Source of the DNA: Nanobdellota archaeon
GTDB lineage: Archaea; Nanobdellota; Nanobdellia; Woesearchaeales; SM23-78
NCBI GenBank assembly: GCA_018819305.1
Contig: JAHJQO010000014.1
Location: 34,832 to 98,831, forward strand
Direction: 5' to 3'
Length of the DNA stretch: 64,000 nt
Under the pieces are notes generated by a model. It saw only the letters and a program-made list of their open reading frames with translations. It searched no databases and was not told where the DNA came from. Every line of letters starts with the position of its first letter. Position 1 is the first letter of the stretch. Shown in pieces: positions 9,743-20,718 of the stretch. Made by a program: the position numbers and the translations under genes.

Positions 9743-10780
9743 ATGAACGTAAATAAAGTATCTAAATATGTTTTTATTGGTTTACTTCTCGTATTATTAT
9801 ACCTCACTTTTAAATTAGTTCAGCCATTTTTCACTTACATCTTTCTTGGCTTAATATTAACAATAGCTCTTCATCCTCTCTACAGATGGTTTACACAAAG
9901 AATAAAACATGAAAAAACAAGCAGCATCATCGTTATAATTCTAATATTAATCATACTTATTATTCCTTCATATTTCATCATAACAGCCCTGGTAAAACAA
10001 TCAATAGGATTAATTAATTCTTTTAATGCAGCATCAATAGAAACCATAAACAACTATGTAATAAATATTCTTGGTCCTAGAGCTGATCTTGTAGCTAATT
10101 TCAACAATGTCATACTTGCAATAAGAGATTTTATTTTAAAATCAGCTCCTTCTATTGCAGGTTCTGTTGCTGAAATGACACTAGGAATATTCATAATGTT
10201 CTTTATAATGTATTATGGGTTTGTTGAAGGCAATAACTGGTTTAAACAGCTTAGAATTATTATTCCTTTTAAAAAAAAACATGGTGAAAAACTTGTTCAT
10301 GAAATCAAGAATGTCACTCAGGCTGTTATTTATGGCCAGATATTTATTTCTATCCTGCAGGGACTTTTGGGGGGAATAGGATTTTTTATTGTCGGTATTC
10401 CAAACCCTGTTTTCTGGGGATTTATAATGACTATTCTTGCTTTTTTGCCTGTTATCGGAACAGGTTTTATCTGGGCACCTGCAGCCATAATAGAAATTGC
10501 AAATAGCAATTATTTGGGAGGAATATTTCTATTAATATATGGTTTCTTTATTGTCTCAGGTGTTGATAATATATTAAGACCAAAAATCATATCTGGAAAA
10601 GGTAGAATACATCCAATAGTTGCATTGATTGGTGTGCTTGGAGGGTTAAAAGTTTTTGGATTCCTTGGAATCATTATCGGACCGCTCATCGCAGCTTTGT
10701 TCATCACACTTGTAGGATTTTATTATGAAGATTATGTAAATAAAAAACCAAAACAGCCAAACCCTAAAACAGCGAAATAG
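9743..10780 (+). CDS. Polytopic membrane protein, probably an AI-2E (UPF0118/PerM) family transporter.
   Basis: It is ~345 aa with ~8 predicted TM helices and a Gly-rich C-terminal half typical of AI-2E family proteins. Confidence 0.45.
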   Translation: MNVNKVSKYVFIGLLLVLLYLTFKLVQPFFTYIFLGLILTIALHPLYRWFTQRIKHEKTSSIIVIILILIILIIPSYFIITALVKQSIGLINSFNAASIETINNYVINILGPRADLVANFNNVILAIRDFILKSAPSIAGSVAEMTLGIFIMFFIMYYGFVEGNNWFKQLRIIIPFKKKHGEKLVHEIKNVTQAVIYGQIFISILQGLLGGIGFFIVGIPNPVFWGFIMTILAFLPVIGTGFIWAPAAIIEIANSNYLGGIFLLIYGFFIVSGVDNILRPKIISGKGRIHPIVALIGVLGGLKVFGFLGIIIGPLIAALFITLVGFYYEDYVNKKPKQPNPKTAK

Positions 10781-10782
10781 CA

Positions 10783-11748
10783 CTAAGCTTTTTTCATTTT
10801 TCTTAAATAAGAATTTAATTTCTGCTTTATTCTCTCTTTGAAGTCAGCATCCAATTTCAGACTATCAACTTCTGCATTCCAGTTAACATCTGGAAGCATA
10901 GTAAGCGTGCCTTGAAACTTCCTGCCAGCTAATCTAGCTTGTTTTTCAATTTCTTTAGCTTTTTCAGAGCCAAATAATCTTATTGCAGGAAACTTGCTTA
11001 TGCTGTTAGCGCCTGCTTTCAGAAGCTCACTCACTCTACCAACACGGTCAATCCAAATACCAAACTGAATATCAATATCAGGAAACGCATCTCTAGTTTT
11101 TTTAATCCATTCTGCCTGATATTCTGAACTAGGCGGCTCTGTGTTTTCAAAAGATGTGCCTTTGTGAGGATTAAGACCATAGATATGAATCTTTTCCACT
11201 CCATAAGTTTCTATCATCTCTTTAAGCTTGTCAAAATCATCAATAGTTTCACCAAGACCAATAATAATTGTGATTGCTCTTTTTAATCCAATCTCTTTTG
11301 CATATTCAAACATTTCCAAGTAAGGCGCAATTGGCTTTGAAGGGCAGACTTTGTCATGGATTTCAGGATTGACTGTTTCTATTGAAGCAACAACTCCTTT
11401 TGCATAAGGTTTGAATAATTGAAGTTCTTCTTGAGAAAGAGCACCTATGTTAAGCCAAATTTTTTCACCGATAACAGCAAATAGGTCCTTGAGAACTTCC
11501 AAAAATTCTTCTGTTTTATAAGCACCAATTCCACCTGAAAAAAAACCAATTTGCCAGCCTAGTTTTTTACAAAGAATTGCTTCTGCTAAAATTGATTCTG
11601 TTGAGCGTCGAGGAAGTTGTTTATTTTGTTTTCCATCTTTCTTTCTCAGCTCTGGTTGTGTTGACATATAACAATAAGCACAGTCTTTTATCTTGCATCC
11701 CCAACTGAAAAATATTGCTCTTTCAAAACATGTTGTTTTAAGGTTCAT
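10783..11748 (-). CDS. Radical-SAM-like TIM-barrel enzyme (BioB/ThiH/HydE-like).
   Basis: It has an N-terminal Cys cluster GCKIKDCAYC (Cx4Cx2C variant), a Gly-rich FFSGGIG segment and an IIIGLGET motif reminiscent of the BioB family. Confidence 0.45.
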   Translation of the reverse strand: MNLKTTCFERAIFFSWGCKIKDCAYCYMSTQPELRKKDGKQNKQLPRRSTESILAEAILCKKLGWQIGFFSGGIGAYKTEEFLEVLKDLFAVIGEKIWLNIGALSQEELQLFKPYAKGVVASIETVNPEIHDKVCPSKPIAPYLEMFEYAKEIGLKRAITIIIGLGETIDDFDKLKEMIETYGVEKIHIYGLNPHKGTSFENTEPPSSEYQAEWIKKTRDAFPDIDIQFGIWIDRVGRVSELLKAGANSISKFPAIRLFGSEKAKEIEKQARLAGRKFQGTLTMLPDVNWNAEVDSLKLDADFKERIKQKLNSYLRKMKKA

Positions 11749-11839
11749 TTGCTACATCCTTCACTATATTATTCATTATAAAACAAGAAAAAAAGTTTAT
11801 TTAAAAAGTTTACAATTGTTAACAATTATTTACACAAAT

Positions 11840-13237
11840 TTACAAGATTTTGAGTAATTCATGCTCATCTGGCATAAGCATTGATTGCAGGTATTTTTTA
11901 TGAGTTTCTATTTCTTTTCTCTTGATTTTCACAAAATCAGTTAGAAAACGCTCTCCAATAACACTTTTTACAAGTTCACTCTTCTCAGCCAGATTCACAG
12001 CTTCTTCAAGGCTTCCTGGCAGGCTCTTGATGCCGAGCTCGTTTCGTCCTGTCTGGTTTAGTTCATAAACATTTAAATTGCTGGGCTTAGGTTTAGGAAG
12101 TTTTTCTTTTATTCCTTGCAGACCTGCTGCTATCATCATAGCACTTGCTAAATAAGGATTAGCTGCAGGGTCAGGGCTTCGAAGTTCCAATCGCATTGCT
12201 TTTTCACTGCCAGGCTCGTATTGAGGAATTCTTATAAGGTTTGACCTATTTTGCGGGTCCCAACAAATGTATACTGGTGCTTCATAGCCAGGAATCAGTC
12301 TTTTGTATGAATTTTCCCATTGATTGAGAAAAACAGTTATCTCAGGAACATATTTCATTAATCCTGCCATATACTGATATGCTATTTCTGACAAGCCAAA
12401 TTCAGCACTCCTGTCAAAAAACAAATTTTTGCCTTGCTTAAACAAAGATTGATGCATATGCATACCACTTCCATTTACACCTGGCAAAGGTTTTGGCATA
12501 AAACTGGCAAAGATTCCTTTGGCCTTGGCCACTTTTTTCACAACATACCTATAAAGCATCATAAAATCTGCCATGTCAACAGCATTATTATAATGCACAT
12601 CTATTTCGTGCTGGCCAGGAGCAGCTTCATGATGGTCATATTCAAATTTATAACCCATCTCACTCATCAGGAGCTGAACTTCTTTTCTAAGCCTACCTTT
12701 TCCTCCAAGTTTAAAATAAGTTCCACTGTCCAAAGGCACAGGTTGATTATTTTTTATAACTGGTTTTCCTAGCTCATCCATTTGAAACAAAAAAAACTCC
12801 ATCTCAGGACCAAGGTAAATAGTGTCTGCACCTGTTGTTTTTGTTGCATCTTTAAGAACATTTTTCAACTTGCTTCGGGAGTCATAAACATATTCTTTTC
12901 CATCTGTATCAACTACATCTCCAAAGACAATGACTTCTTTCCATTTTTTTTCAAATCCCGGCGTGTCTGTCTTGTATGTCACTGGGAAAATTCTTGCAGT
13001 GGTCGGATCAAATTTTGCAAGCTTGTCGCTTTCTTTAATTCTTTCAGGATATAGAGAGGACGCGTCAAAACCTTTTTCTAAGTTTCCTTTAGAAAGAGTT
13101 TCTTTAGGAACAGTAAAGCTGCATTCTCTTTCTCCAAGCATATCTGCTGTTATAAATCTAACAAACTCTACTTCTTTATTCGTTTCTAGCATTTGAAGAA
13201 ACTCAACTTCATTTTCAAAACCAAAATTCTCCGTCAT
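11840..13237 (-). CDS. glnA: Glutamine synthetase (type I). The listed ORF extends to 13333, but the likely start is the internal Met at MTENFGF.
   Basis: GS motifs are present: GPEMEFFLF, SGMHMHQS, the NPYL region, and catalytic Glu/His/Arg patterns. The length is ~466 aa. Confidence 0.85.
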   Translation of the reverse strand: MTENFGFENEVEFLQMLETNKEVEFVRFITADMLGERECSFTVPKETLSKGNLEKGFDASSLYPERIKESDKLAKFDPTTARIFPVTYKTDTPGFEKKWKEVIVFGDVVDTDGKEYVYDSRSKLKNVLKDATKTTGADTIYLGPEMEFFLFQMDELGKPVIKNNQPVPLDSGTYFKLGGKGRLRKEVQLLMSEMGYKFEYDHHEAAPGQHEIDVHYNNAVDMADFMMLYRYVVKKVAKAKGIFASFMPKPLPGVNGSGMHMHQSLFKQGKNLFFDRSAEFGLSEIAYQYMAGLMKYVPEITVFLNQWENSYKRLIPGYEAPVYICWDPQNRSNLIRIPQYEPGSEKAMRLELRSPDPAANPYLASAMMIAAGLQGIKEKLPKPKPSNLNVYELNQTGRNELGIKSLPGSLEEAVNLAEKSELVKSVIGERFLTDFVKIKRKEIETHKKYLQSMLMPDEHELLKIL

Positions 13238-13280
13238 AAAAACCACCTCTGCTTTTGTTGATTTTATGCTTTGATTGATT

Positions 13281-15134
13281 TTATTGTGTTTGCGGATGCA
13301 ATTCATGCCAAAGCTCAATAAAAGTAGCTGCACTCCATGCCTGGCTTAAACAGCCTTCACTCTTCATATGCTTTGCACTGCTAAGTTCTGCACAACAGCC
13401 AATAAAGCCTGAGAAAAGCATTTCTTCTTCACTGGCTTTAAGAATTCTCTTAATCTGTTTTGAATAATAATTACTGTCAAGCCTGTGCATTGCAATAGCA
13501 GCAAAATTATTTACATAATACCACGAATCACCATTATGATAACTTAAATCATCTGTACCTGTATATTCTGACTTAAACAAAGGACTCTTGTGCCCAATTG
13601 ACGACAAGCCGCCCCAGTCAAGCCATAAATCATTTAAAACAATATCAAATGCTTTTTTCCATTCTTTTTTTGAGAGCAGCTCTGGGTAAATATAATAAGC
13701 AAGAAACATATTGGGCCTTGGTGTCTCTTTTGGAAGCCTGCCATAAACATTATCGTAAAGCATGCCTGTCTGCGGATTAAAAAAGATTCTTCTCACATTT
13801 TCTTTTACATCTTTTTCCAGGATTTTAAAGAGCTGCTTTGACCTTGTAATTCCAGCAATATAATTATGCAGCTTAATCATTGCAAGAAACAATGCCTGAA
13901 CTTCAATGCCTGCTCCTCCTCTTTGAGCAGCAGCAGTGTCCATCCATGTTTCCTGTTCATTATTCATAATAAATCCTTCTTTAGCATGCCAATGTGCAAG
14001 TGCCTGTATTGTTTTTTCCAGGGTTCTCTTAATTGTTATTATTTCTGAAACAGACAAATATTCGTTAAGGAGTTTTTTTAAGACAAGAAAATCCATATAA
14101 TCTTTTAACCTTACAAACAGCCAGCCAATAGCATCAACACTTTTTACATCTCCCTTGTTAAGCGGCAGCCGGCTTGGAAGAAAGCCATCAGCAAAAATGT
14201 TATGCATATATTTGAAAAGAATGCTTTTTACAAGATAATATTTATGCTGGTGTAACAGAGCTTTTATGCTTATGAGTTCGTCCCGAGCCCAGAATTGATA
14301 AAACCAAGGAAGTCCTGCAAATATACCTACACTTCTTTCTTTTCTGTCAACACTCATTAGCAAATCATCAAGAGATTTTTTTGCAATGCTCAAAGGAAAG
14401 TCTTTATTTGAAAAAGAATGCGTTACATAACTCTTATACGAATTCAGCAAGTACTCTCGATTCTCAAATATTTTTTCAGCATGAACCTTGGCAGTTTCCT
14501 TGTCTTTTGCAAAAGAAAAAGCCAGATTAAGGTGCTTATTGACTTTAATGCTAAGTGCATTGTATATATAGAATTCTGATTTTGATTTTCTTCTTGCATC
14601 ATAAGTATATTGTTTTTTTATCCATTCATTAATAATATTAAAGTTTTTTGCACCTTTAATAGCCATAAACCTTGTCTTATCCAGCACAGACAAACTATCA
14701 TCTATATATTTTTCATATTTTATAATTATAAAATCATCTTCCTGCGTAATTGTGTATATTCTTCCTTTGTCATCAAAATCAAACATTGGCCTAAAATCCA
14801 GCTCCAGTTTGATTTTTCCATTATAATTTTTTATAGAATAAATCATTGAATCATTAAAAAGATTAAATTTCTCCTCAGCACCATCTCTATACTTTCTCTG
14901 AACATTGAACAAATTGTTCTGAATAACACTCATCTCCTGGTCAATTCTTATGTCTTCTATTGTTTTAAAGAGATTCCAGTCTTCACAATCAAAAAAAAAC
15001 AATCCTTGCGTATGAGAGAAATTTTCTTTACCAAGAGAAACATAATTTCCTTTTTTATTAGTTATAAAAAAGCCTGTTTCTCTGCTTGTGTGTTCATCAA
15101 CAACTTTTTGATTAAATGAATGTATTATATGCAA
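13281..15134 (-). CDS. Glycogen debranching enzyme / amylo-alpha-1,6-glucosidase family (GDE C-terminal (alpha/alpha)6 domain).
   Basis: GLPWFYQFWARDELISIKAL matches the GDE_C signature (WF..FGRD). It is adjacent to other glycogen genes. Confidence 0.6.
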   Translation of the reverse strand: MHIIHSFNQKVVDEHTSRETGFFITNKKGNYVSLGKENFSHTQGLFFFDCEDWNLFKTIEDIRIDQEMSVIQNNLFNVQRKYRDGAEEKFNLFNDSMIYSIKNYNGKIKLELDFRPMFDFDDKGRIYTITQEDDFIIIKYEKYIDDSLSVLDKTRFMAIKGAKNFNIINEWIKKQYTYDARRKSKSEFYIYNALSIKVNKHLNLAFSFAKDKETAKVHAEKIFENREYLLNSYKSYVTHSFSNKDFPLSIAKKSLDDLLMSVDRKERSVGIFAGLPWFYQFWARDELISIKALLHQHKYYLVKSILFKYMHNIFADGFLPSRLPLNKGDVKSVDAIGWLFVRLKDYMDFLVLKKLLNEYLSVSEIITIKRTLEKTIQALAHWHAKEGFIMNNEQETWMDTAAAQRGGAGIEVQALFLAMIKLHNYIAGITRSKQLFKILEKDVKENVRRIFFNPQTGMLYDNVYGRLPKETPRPNMFLAYYIYPELLSKKEWKKAFDIVLNDLWLDWGGLSSIGHKSPLFKSEYTGTDDLSYHNGDSWYYVNNFAAIAMHRLDSNYYSKQIKRILKASEEEMLFSGFIGCCAELSSAKHMKSEGCLSQAWSAATFIELWHELHPQTQ

Positions 15135-15205
15135 AAACCATCAACCTCTTTTTTCTTGCTTAGTTTCTTTTTTTTCTTTTTGCCTGAATTATTTCTTAAT
15201 TATAA

Positions 15206-16207
15206 TTATTTTTTATATGGCTCGCCAACCACCACAGAATGGTCTCCGAGCATTAGTTCTTTGAATTTGCCTGTAAGCTGAACATCTTCTCCAATAATTG
15301 CTTTCTCGACAAAAGCATCTATTATTTTTGTTCTCTCATCAATAATAGAATCCTTGACAGTGCTATTATTTATCTCAACACCTTTTGCTATTGTCACATA
15401 TGGTCCAATCTCTGAATTTTTTATCTTAGCACCATCTGCGATGTGAACAGGAGGAATAATCTTGCTGTTTTCTGTTTTTATGGTCTTGTTCCTGCCTTTA
15501 TCCAAATAAATTCTATTGGTTTCAAGAAGAGTGGCTGGAACACCAAAATCATGCCAGCTACTAATCTCAGGGCATTTGAATTTTGCACCTTGTTTTATCA
15601 TATGGACCATTGCATCAACCACATAATATTCACCTTTAATTGTAATTTTATTATCATAAATATGTTTAATGCCTTCAAACAAAGCCTTGTAATCCTTAAT
15701 ATAATAAACACCTATGCTGCAAAGATCTGAAATAAATTCCTTGGGTTTCTCAACAAACTTAGTTAGGTAACCTTCTTTATTCAGGACACACACACCCATT
15801 CTATTCCAATCTTTTCTTGTCTGCACCCAAATAAGACCATCTTCATCATCTTTTAATTTATTCATCAAGCTAAGATTTGTGTCAAAGATAGCATCAGCAT
15901 AAACAAGAAAAATCGGCTCATCAACATAAGGTTCTGTCAGCTTAACAGCACCTGCAGTCCCATCTCTCACTTTTTGCTCTATAAATCTAAATTTAAAATC
16001 AGGATACTTCTTTATCACATATTCTTCAATCTGTTCTTTTAAATAGCCTGTTATAAATATTATTTCTGAAACATCATGTTCTTTAAGCTCATCTAAGATA
16101 TAATCCAAACCTGGTTTGCCAGCAACTAAAAGAAGCGCTTTATGCTTGGTGTATGTAAGAGGAAAAAGTCTTGTTCCTACACCTGCTATTGGTATTATTA
16201 CCTTCAT
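15206..16207 (-). CDS. Sugar-1-phosphate nucleotidyltransferase with a C-terminal left-handed beta-helix (glucose-1-phosphate adenylyl/uridylyltransferase-like).
   Basis: N-terminal MKVIIPIAGVGTRLFPLT.K.KALL (the G-x-G-T-R-L motif). The C-terminal hexapeptide repeats read (I/V)G....V. The likely start is the internal Met (MKVII). Confidence 0.7.
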   Translation of the reverse strand: MKVIIPIAGVGTRLFPLTYTKHKALLLVAGKPGLDYILDELKEHDVSEIIFITGYLKEQIEEYVIKKYPDFKFRFIEQKVRDGTAGAVKLTEPYVDEPIFLVYADAIFDTNLSLMNKLKDDEDGLIWVQTRKDWNRMGVCVLNKEGYLTKFVEKPKEFISDLCSIGVYYIKDYKALFEGIKHIYDNKITIKGEYYVVDAMVHMIKQGAKFKCPEISSWHDFGVPATLLETNRIYLDKGRNKTIKTENSKIIPPVHIADGAKIKNSEIGPYVTIAKGVEINNSTVKDSIIDERTKIIDAFVEKAIIGEDVQLTGKFKELMLGDHSVVVGEPYKK

Positions 16208-16282
16208 AATCCCACCATCCTTAACTATAAAATAATCAAATAAAGGATATTTATAAACATTATGGTATAATGCGGGTATATA

Positions 16283-17416
16283 TTGCCACTTGGGAAAGAA
16301 GCACAAAGTTTTTATAAAGAAATCACAAAAATTAGATTTATGCCTTCAATCATTGGACTGCCAGAGATGCTTAAAAATCTGAATAAGAAAAACAAAGATT
16401 TATTTAATCGGTTTTTCTCTGTCCAACGAAGCACAGGCCGCCTTGTTCTGCCAGAAAGCATGAAAAAATGGGCTGAAAATACTTTTGGACATCAAAACCA
16501 TGTGGAAGAGCAGGTCATTGTAAAGATTCTTGACAAATTAGTTTTTGAAGAAGCTCTTTATAATGAATTAAGAGCCAAAAGACCTATTCAAGCTAAAGAA
16601 AATGAGGATTTTGAAAAAATTATAAAGCAAAGCGCAGGAGGACCTTTTAGCAAGCCTTTGCAATTAACTCCTGAAGACATGTTTGGCAGAATCAAAGGCA
16701 AGCATTGCGTCACAGCAAGTAATGTTGCAAAATACGACGGCATGCATGGCCTGGTTGTATTTAAGAAGCATAATCCTCTTGATTTTAATCAAGAAGACCT
16801 TTATGATTACTTTGACACAGCTCTCAAATGGTTTGAAAAAGCCCATAAAACAAATGAAAAAGCTATTTATCCTTTTCTCTTATGGAACTGCTTGTGGCGC
16901 TCAGGAGCAAGCATTATCCACGGTCACATACAAATGGTGCTTGGAGAAGGTTTTCATTATGGTGATGTTGAAAAAGAAAACAAAGTGAGACTGGAATATC
17001 ACAAGAAGTATAAAAGTGATTATTTTAAGGATTTTTTTAGGATTCACAAACAAATTGGTCTTGGTTTTGAAGAAGAAGGACAGCAAATATTTATGAACAT
17101 TGTTCCAAGAGAAGACAAAGAAGTGACTATCATTGCAAAAAAACTTGACAGAAATTGCGTGCGTGCTATTTACAAGATCGCCAAATGCCTGACAGATGAT
17201 TTTGGAGTTGTCAGCTTTAATCTGGGTGTTGTTTTCCCTCCATTAAAAAAAATGCAGAACTGGAAAGACTTCCCTGTTATTGTCAGGATTGTTGACAGAG
17301 GCAAACTCAGCAGCAAAACAACAGACATTGGCGGCATGGAAATCTATGACATGGGTAATGTTATTTCTACTGACCCTTACAAAGTTTTTGAAAAGATAAA
17401 GAAAAGCTTTGCATAA
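16283..17416 (+). CDS. HIT-superfamily GalT-like nucleotidyltransferase/phosphorylase (tentative).
   Basis: The HxHxQ motif (IHGHIQMV) is at the position expected for GalT-branch HIT enzymes. It is ~370 aa and sits in a glycogen/NDP-sugar context. Confidence 0.4.
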   Translation: MPLGKEAQSFYKEITKIRFMPSIIGLPEMLKNLNKKNKDLFNRFFSVQRSTGRLVLPESMKKWAENTFGHQNHVEEQVIVKILDKLVFEEALYNELRAKRPIQAKENEDFEKIIKQSAGGPFSKPLQLTPEDMFGRIKGKHCVTASNVAKYDGMHGLVVFKKHNPLDFNQEDLYDYFDTALKWFEKAHKTNEKAIYPFLLWNCLWRSGASIIHGHIQMVLGEGFHYGDVEKENKVRLEYHKKYKSDYFKDFFRIHKQIGLGFEEEGQQIFMNIVPREDKEVTIIAKKLDRNCVRAIYKIAKCLTDDFGVVSFNLGVVFPPLKKMQNWKDFPVIVRIVDRGKLSSKTTDIGGMEIYDMGNVISTDPYKVFEKIKKSFA

Positions 17417-17625
17417 TAAGTTTATTTCTTCTTCGCGTTTACAAGAAGAAACTTACAACTAAAAGAATAATTAAGCCCTGTTGTCTGGACTTTATCATTT
17501 ATAACTCCTGATTCATATATTTTGAGCGCGTAGTTCTTTAAAATGTTTTTAAGGAAGGCTCTTGCTTCTTCTAATTCATAGTTAGGACTATTCTCTTTAA
17601 AATACAATGTCCCATCAGGTATTAC

Positions 17626-18168
17626 TCATTTAATATCTGTAGCAAAATCAAATATAATCTCACTGCATGGTTTCAAAACACGATTTATCTCAGAAAGTAT
17701 CTTCTTCACGAACTCTTTAGGAAAAAGATGCAATACGCCTGTGCAAAAAACTCCGTCAAAAGATTCGTCTTCAAATGGGAAACGATTAATAATATTAAAT
17801 ACTTTGATTTCTAATTTAGATCTCTGTTTTTTAGAAGTATTATGCCATAATTTGCTCAAAGCACTTTTATCAATGTCAGAAGCTACAACAAAATCTGCTT
17901 TTTTTAAGAGAATATTATTGTAACGCCCATCGCCCGCAGCTAAGTTTAACCATTTCCCAGAAAAAGATTTCTTATTCAAGAAATCCAGAGTCAGCTTTTC
18001 TCCTTCACCCCATATAGATTCTTTGCCTGTTTTAAAATAATTTAATCCTTCTGTAAAAACACATTTTTTCTCATCTGATTTGAAAGGTTCTGTGATTTTT
18101 TCCATATCATTCAAAATAAAGCAGAAAGTATAAATATTTTTCTCATTATTATTGTTTCTCCAAAGCAA
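17626..18168 (-). CDS. Class I SAM-dependent methyltransferase.
   Basis: Motif I-like LNLAAGDGRYN and an acidic motif II VVASDID. Overall Rossmann MTase pattern. Confidence 0.55.
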   Translation of the reverse strand: MLWRNNNNEKNIYTFCFILNDMEKITEPFKSDEKKCVFTEGLNYFKTGKESIWGEGEKLTLDFLNKKSFSGKWLNLAAGDGRYNNILLKKADFVVASDIDKSALSKLWHNTSKKQRSKLEIKVFNIINRFPFEDESFDGVFCTGVLHLFPKEFVKKILSEINRVLKPCSEIIFDFATDIK

Positions 18169-19927
18169 GGTTATGCGCCACTATGTAGAATTTTACAAAA
18201 TGTTTCCAGTCTGCAAGGTTGGACAGGTATTTGGCATTTATTTTGTTCTGAACTCTTTCTGAATGGTCAAGCATTGCATATTTATACATTATATCTGCCA
18301 GGTCTTTGACTGATTGTTCGTCTGTCATGCCAAAGCGTTTGAGAACATAAATACCTGCTTGTTCTTTTAACAGTTTGTTTTGTATGAATCTACCAAAGCC
18401 TGCTAAGTCACTTGTTAATGATGCGATTCCCATTGCTGCTGATTCAAGAGGAGTATATCCCCATGATTCATAGTAAGAGGGAAATATTCCAAAATGGCAG
18501 CCTGCCATTGCATCATAAGCAGGCAGGTCAAGCAAACCGTCATTTCCTGAGAGATAAACAGGGTAAATAATTATTTTTACTTTATCATCTGACCTGTTGT
18601 CAAGACCCTCTAACAATAATCCTTGAACAATTGCATCAGACTCTGCATTTGCAATATTATGAGTGAGTATAGGCGGGTTTCCTTTTCTCTGAAAATTAAG
18701 TATATTGCTTCTAACTTCTTTCATAAAGTCTTTTTCAAAAAAGCTTTCATTCATCTGAAGTTTTCGGGAAATAAAATCATCAATTATTTGCTGAAGAATC
18801 TGGTTTGATTTTGTATCTACTAAACTTTTTATGTGCCTGTAATAATTTTTGTTTTCTAAAAGCTCTACTTTCACACCATATGTTTTCATGGGCACCCAGA
18901 AAAACACACTTACAGTACGCAGTGTATCTTCTTTTTTTAGTTTTTCATTAAGAATACCTAATGCTTTGATAAGTATGTCCATTCCTTTATTGTGAAATTC
19001 ATATCTGCTTGCAAAAAAGAACATAAGATTATGCTCTAAATCAAAGGTATGATATGGGAAGAAATAATATTTTAGGAATTCTCGAAGAATATTCTTGCAT
19101 GTTACGTGCTTTATTGAAGTCTCTTCAATTGTAGGATAGTTCTCAATATCAATTCCATTTAACACCAAAACATCTGCTTTTTTACCCAGTATGTGTTCTG
19201 CTTCAATGCTTGTTATTTCACTCACAGTTGTAAATGCATCTGCATTATGCGCGCATGCCATTTCCATTGTGTGCTTGGCAAGCATATTGTATTCTCTGGC
19301 TTTTTGAATCGAATCAAAATTTCCCAGTTGATGATATAAATCAAAACCAGAACCTGCAAGCGTTCTGCCCAACATAGTTGCGTGAGTTGTAAAAACTGTT
19401 TTAACTCTTGATTTCTGCCTTTTAAGATATAAAAGCCCTGAACCACTTAGCCATTCATGAAAATGAGCCACAATTTTCATCTTAGGAATATCCTGGCTTA
19501 TGCTTTCTAATAATAATCCTGTACACCATGACCAGACAACTGGCTCGTCAAAATCAGAAGGGGCAAAAAGCGAGTCAACTTGAAAAGATTCCCACATCTT
19601 TCCCTTAATATCATTTGTTTTATTATACATGCTTTGGAAATCAATAAGAATAACTTTAGGATCTCCTCGAATCTCCCAGGTTCCATAATGGCAAATAATC
19701 CCCTGGCTTTTTAATTCAAGGAACGCTCCTTTAAGAAAATCAGGAACTTCTTCTTTTCTTAATTCAACGTCTGCTTTTTCCTGAAAATAAGGCCCGATTA
19801 AGAAATAATTAGTATAATAATCAAGCATGTGAGGAGCTTTTGTCTTGATAACAGTATTTATCCCTCCTGTCTTATTGCACACTTCCCAGGATACTTCAAA
19901 AACATAATCTGCATTTGGTCTTATCAC
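18149..19927 (-). CDS. Glycogen (starch) synthase, GT3 family (eukaryote-type).
   Basis: N-terminal FEVSWEVCNKTGGINTVIKTKA closely parallels the GT3 glycogen synthase signature (EVAWEVANKVGGIYTV). It is ~590 aa, GT-B length. Confidence 0.6.
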   Translation of the reverse strand: MIRPNADYVFEVSWEVCNKTGGINTVIKTKAPHMLDYYTNYFLIGPYFQEKADVELRKEEVPDFLKGAFLELKSQGIICHYGTWEIRGDPKVILIDFQSMYNKTNDIKGKMWESFQVDSLFAPSDFDEPVVWSWCTGLLLESISQDIPKMKIVAHFHEWLSGSGLLYLKRQKSRVKTVFTTHATMLGRTLAGSGFDLYHQLGNFDSIQKAREYNMLAKHTMEMACAHNADAFTTVSEITSIEAEHILGKKADVLVLNGIDIENYPTIEETSIKHVTCKNILREFLKYYFFPYHTFDLEHNLMFFFASRYEFHNKGMDILIKALGILNEKLKKEDTLRTVSVFFWVPMKTYGVKVELLENKNYYRHIKSLVDTKSNQILQQIIDDFISRKLQMNESFFEKDFMKEVRSNILNFQRKGNPPILTHNIANAESDAIVQGLLLEGLDNRSDDKVKIIIYPVYLSGNDGLLDLPAYDAMAGCHFGIFPSYYESWGYTPLESAAMGIASLTSDLAGFGRFIQNKLLKEQAGIYVLKRFGMTDEQSVKDLADIMYKYAMLDHSERVQNKINAKYLSNLADWKHFVKFYIVAHNLALEKQ

Positions 19928-20002
19928 TCTGCTTACCTCACATCTTTTTTTATCTCAATCTCTTCTTTTTCAGTTTATCTTAAAGTTAAATCATCTTAAA
20001 AG

Positions 20003-20650
20003 TTAAATCGCACCAATTGAATTATATATGATGCCCAGCAATATGAAGCCAAAAATCAACCCTAAAACAAAACCATAAATGAATTCCTTTACAATAAACT
20101 TATGATGTTCATGTTTATGGATTTCATGTTCATGATGCCTTAAATCGCTTAATTTCGGTTCATGCTCAGACTTGTGTTCTTTTTCACGCAGAACTTCTTT
20201 TGCTTCACCAACCATATCTTTTAATTCCTGCTCTGTTAGTATTTTTTCTTCATGCTTAGGATACTCAAAAATCTTAATCTCGTCAGGCATGATAACTTTT
20301 TGATTTTCTTCCGTAGGTTTATGTTCCTGATTTTTATGCTCAGCAAGGATGTGTTCCTTATGAAGTTCATGATGTTTCTGCTCGTAGTGCTGATGCACTA
20401 AGTCCTTATTCTTTAGAAATTCTTCTAAAATAATAATCAAGCCTTCTCTTTCAGAAACTTCTCTCATGCTTTGCGCAAGAACTGACTCTCCAAACACCCC
20501 TTCAATCCAGTTTGCAAAATCATTTCTGTTGATGTTTACATGATGTCCAAATGTTGATTCATCCATGTGTGAAAGTTCATTTTTTAATTCTTCAATGCTT
20601 TTTATGCTTCCTCCTCCTTCAAAGAAGAACCATTTATCTTGACTAATCAT
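20003..20650 (-). CDS. Membrane-anchored protein with the conserved WF...NDFANWIE domain, a His-rich repetitive segment and a C-terminal TM.
   Basis: The domain is shared with 2627..2914 and 20719..21102. H/E/K-rich tract: HEHKSEHEPK..HHEHEIHKHEHHK. C-terminal hydrophobic helix: FVLGLIFGFILLGIIY. Confidence 0.4.
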   Translation of the reverse strand: MISQDKWFFFEGGGSIKSIEELKNELSHMDESTFGHHVNINRNDFANWIEGVFGESVLAQSMREVSEREGLIIILEEFLKNKDLVHQHYEQKHHELHKEHILAEHKNQEHKPTEENQKVIMPDEIKIFEYPKHEEKILTEQELKDMVGEAKEVLREKEHKSEHEPKLSDLRHHEHEIHKHEHHKFIVKEFIYGFVLGLIFGFILLGIIYNSIGAI

Positions 20651-20718
20651 ACTTGACCACCTCTTTTTTCAGTTTTGATTTGAATTAATTTGAAAATTTA
20701 AATTTTGAAAACAAAAAA

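Noticed and set aside
10783-11748. Firm radical-SAM call.
   Set aside because: The cysteine spacing is Cx4Cx2C rather than the canonical Cx3Cx2C. It is kept as a tentative family assignment only.
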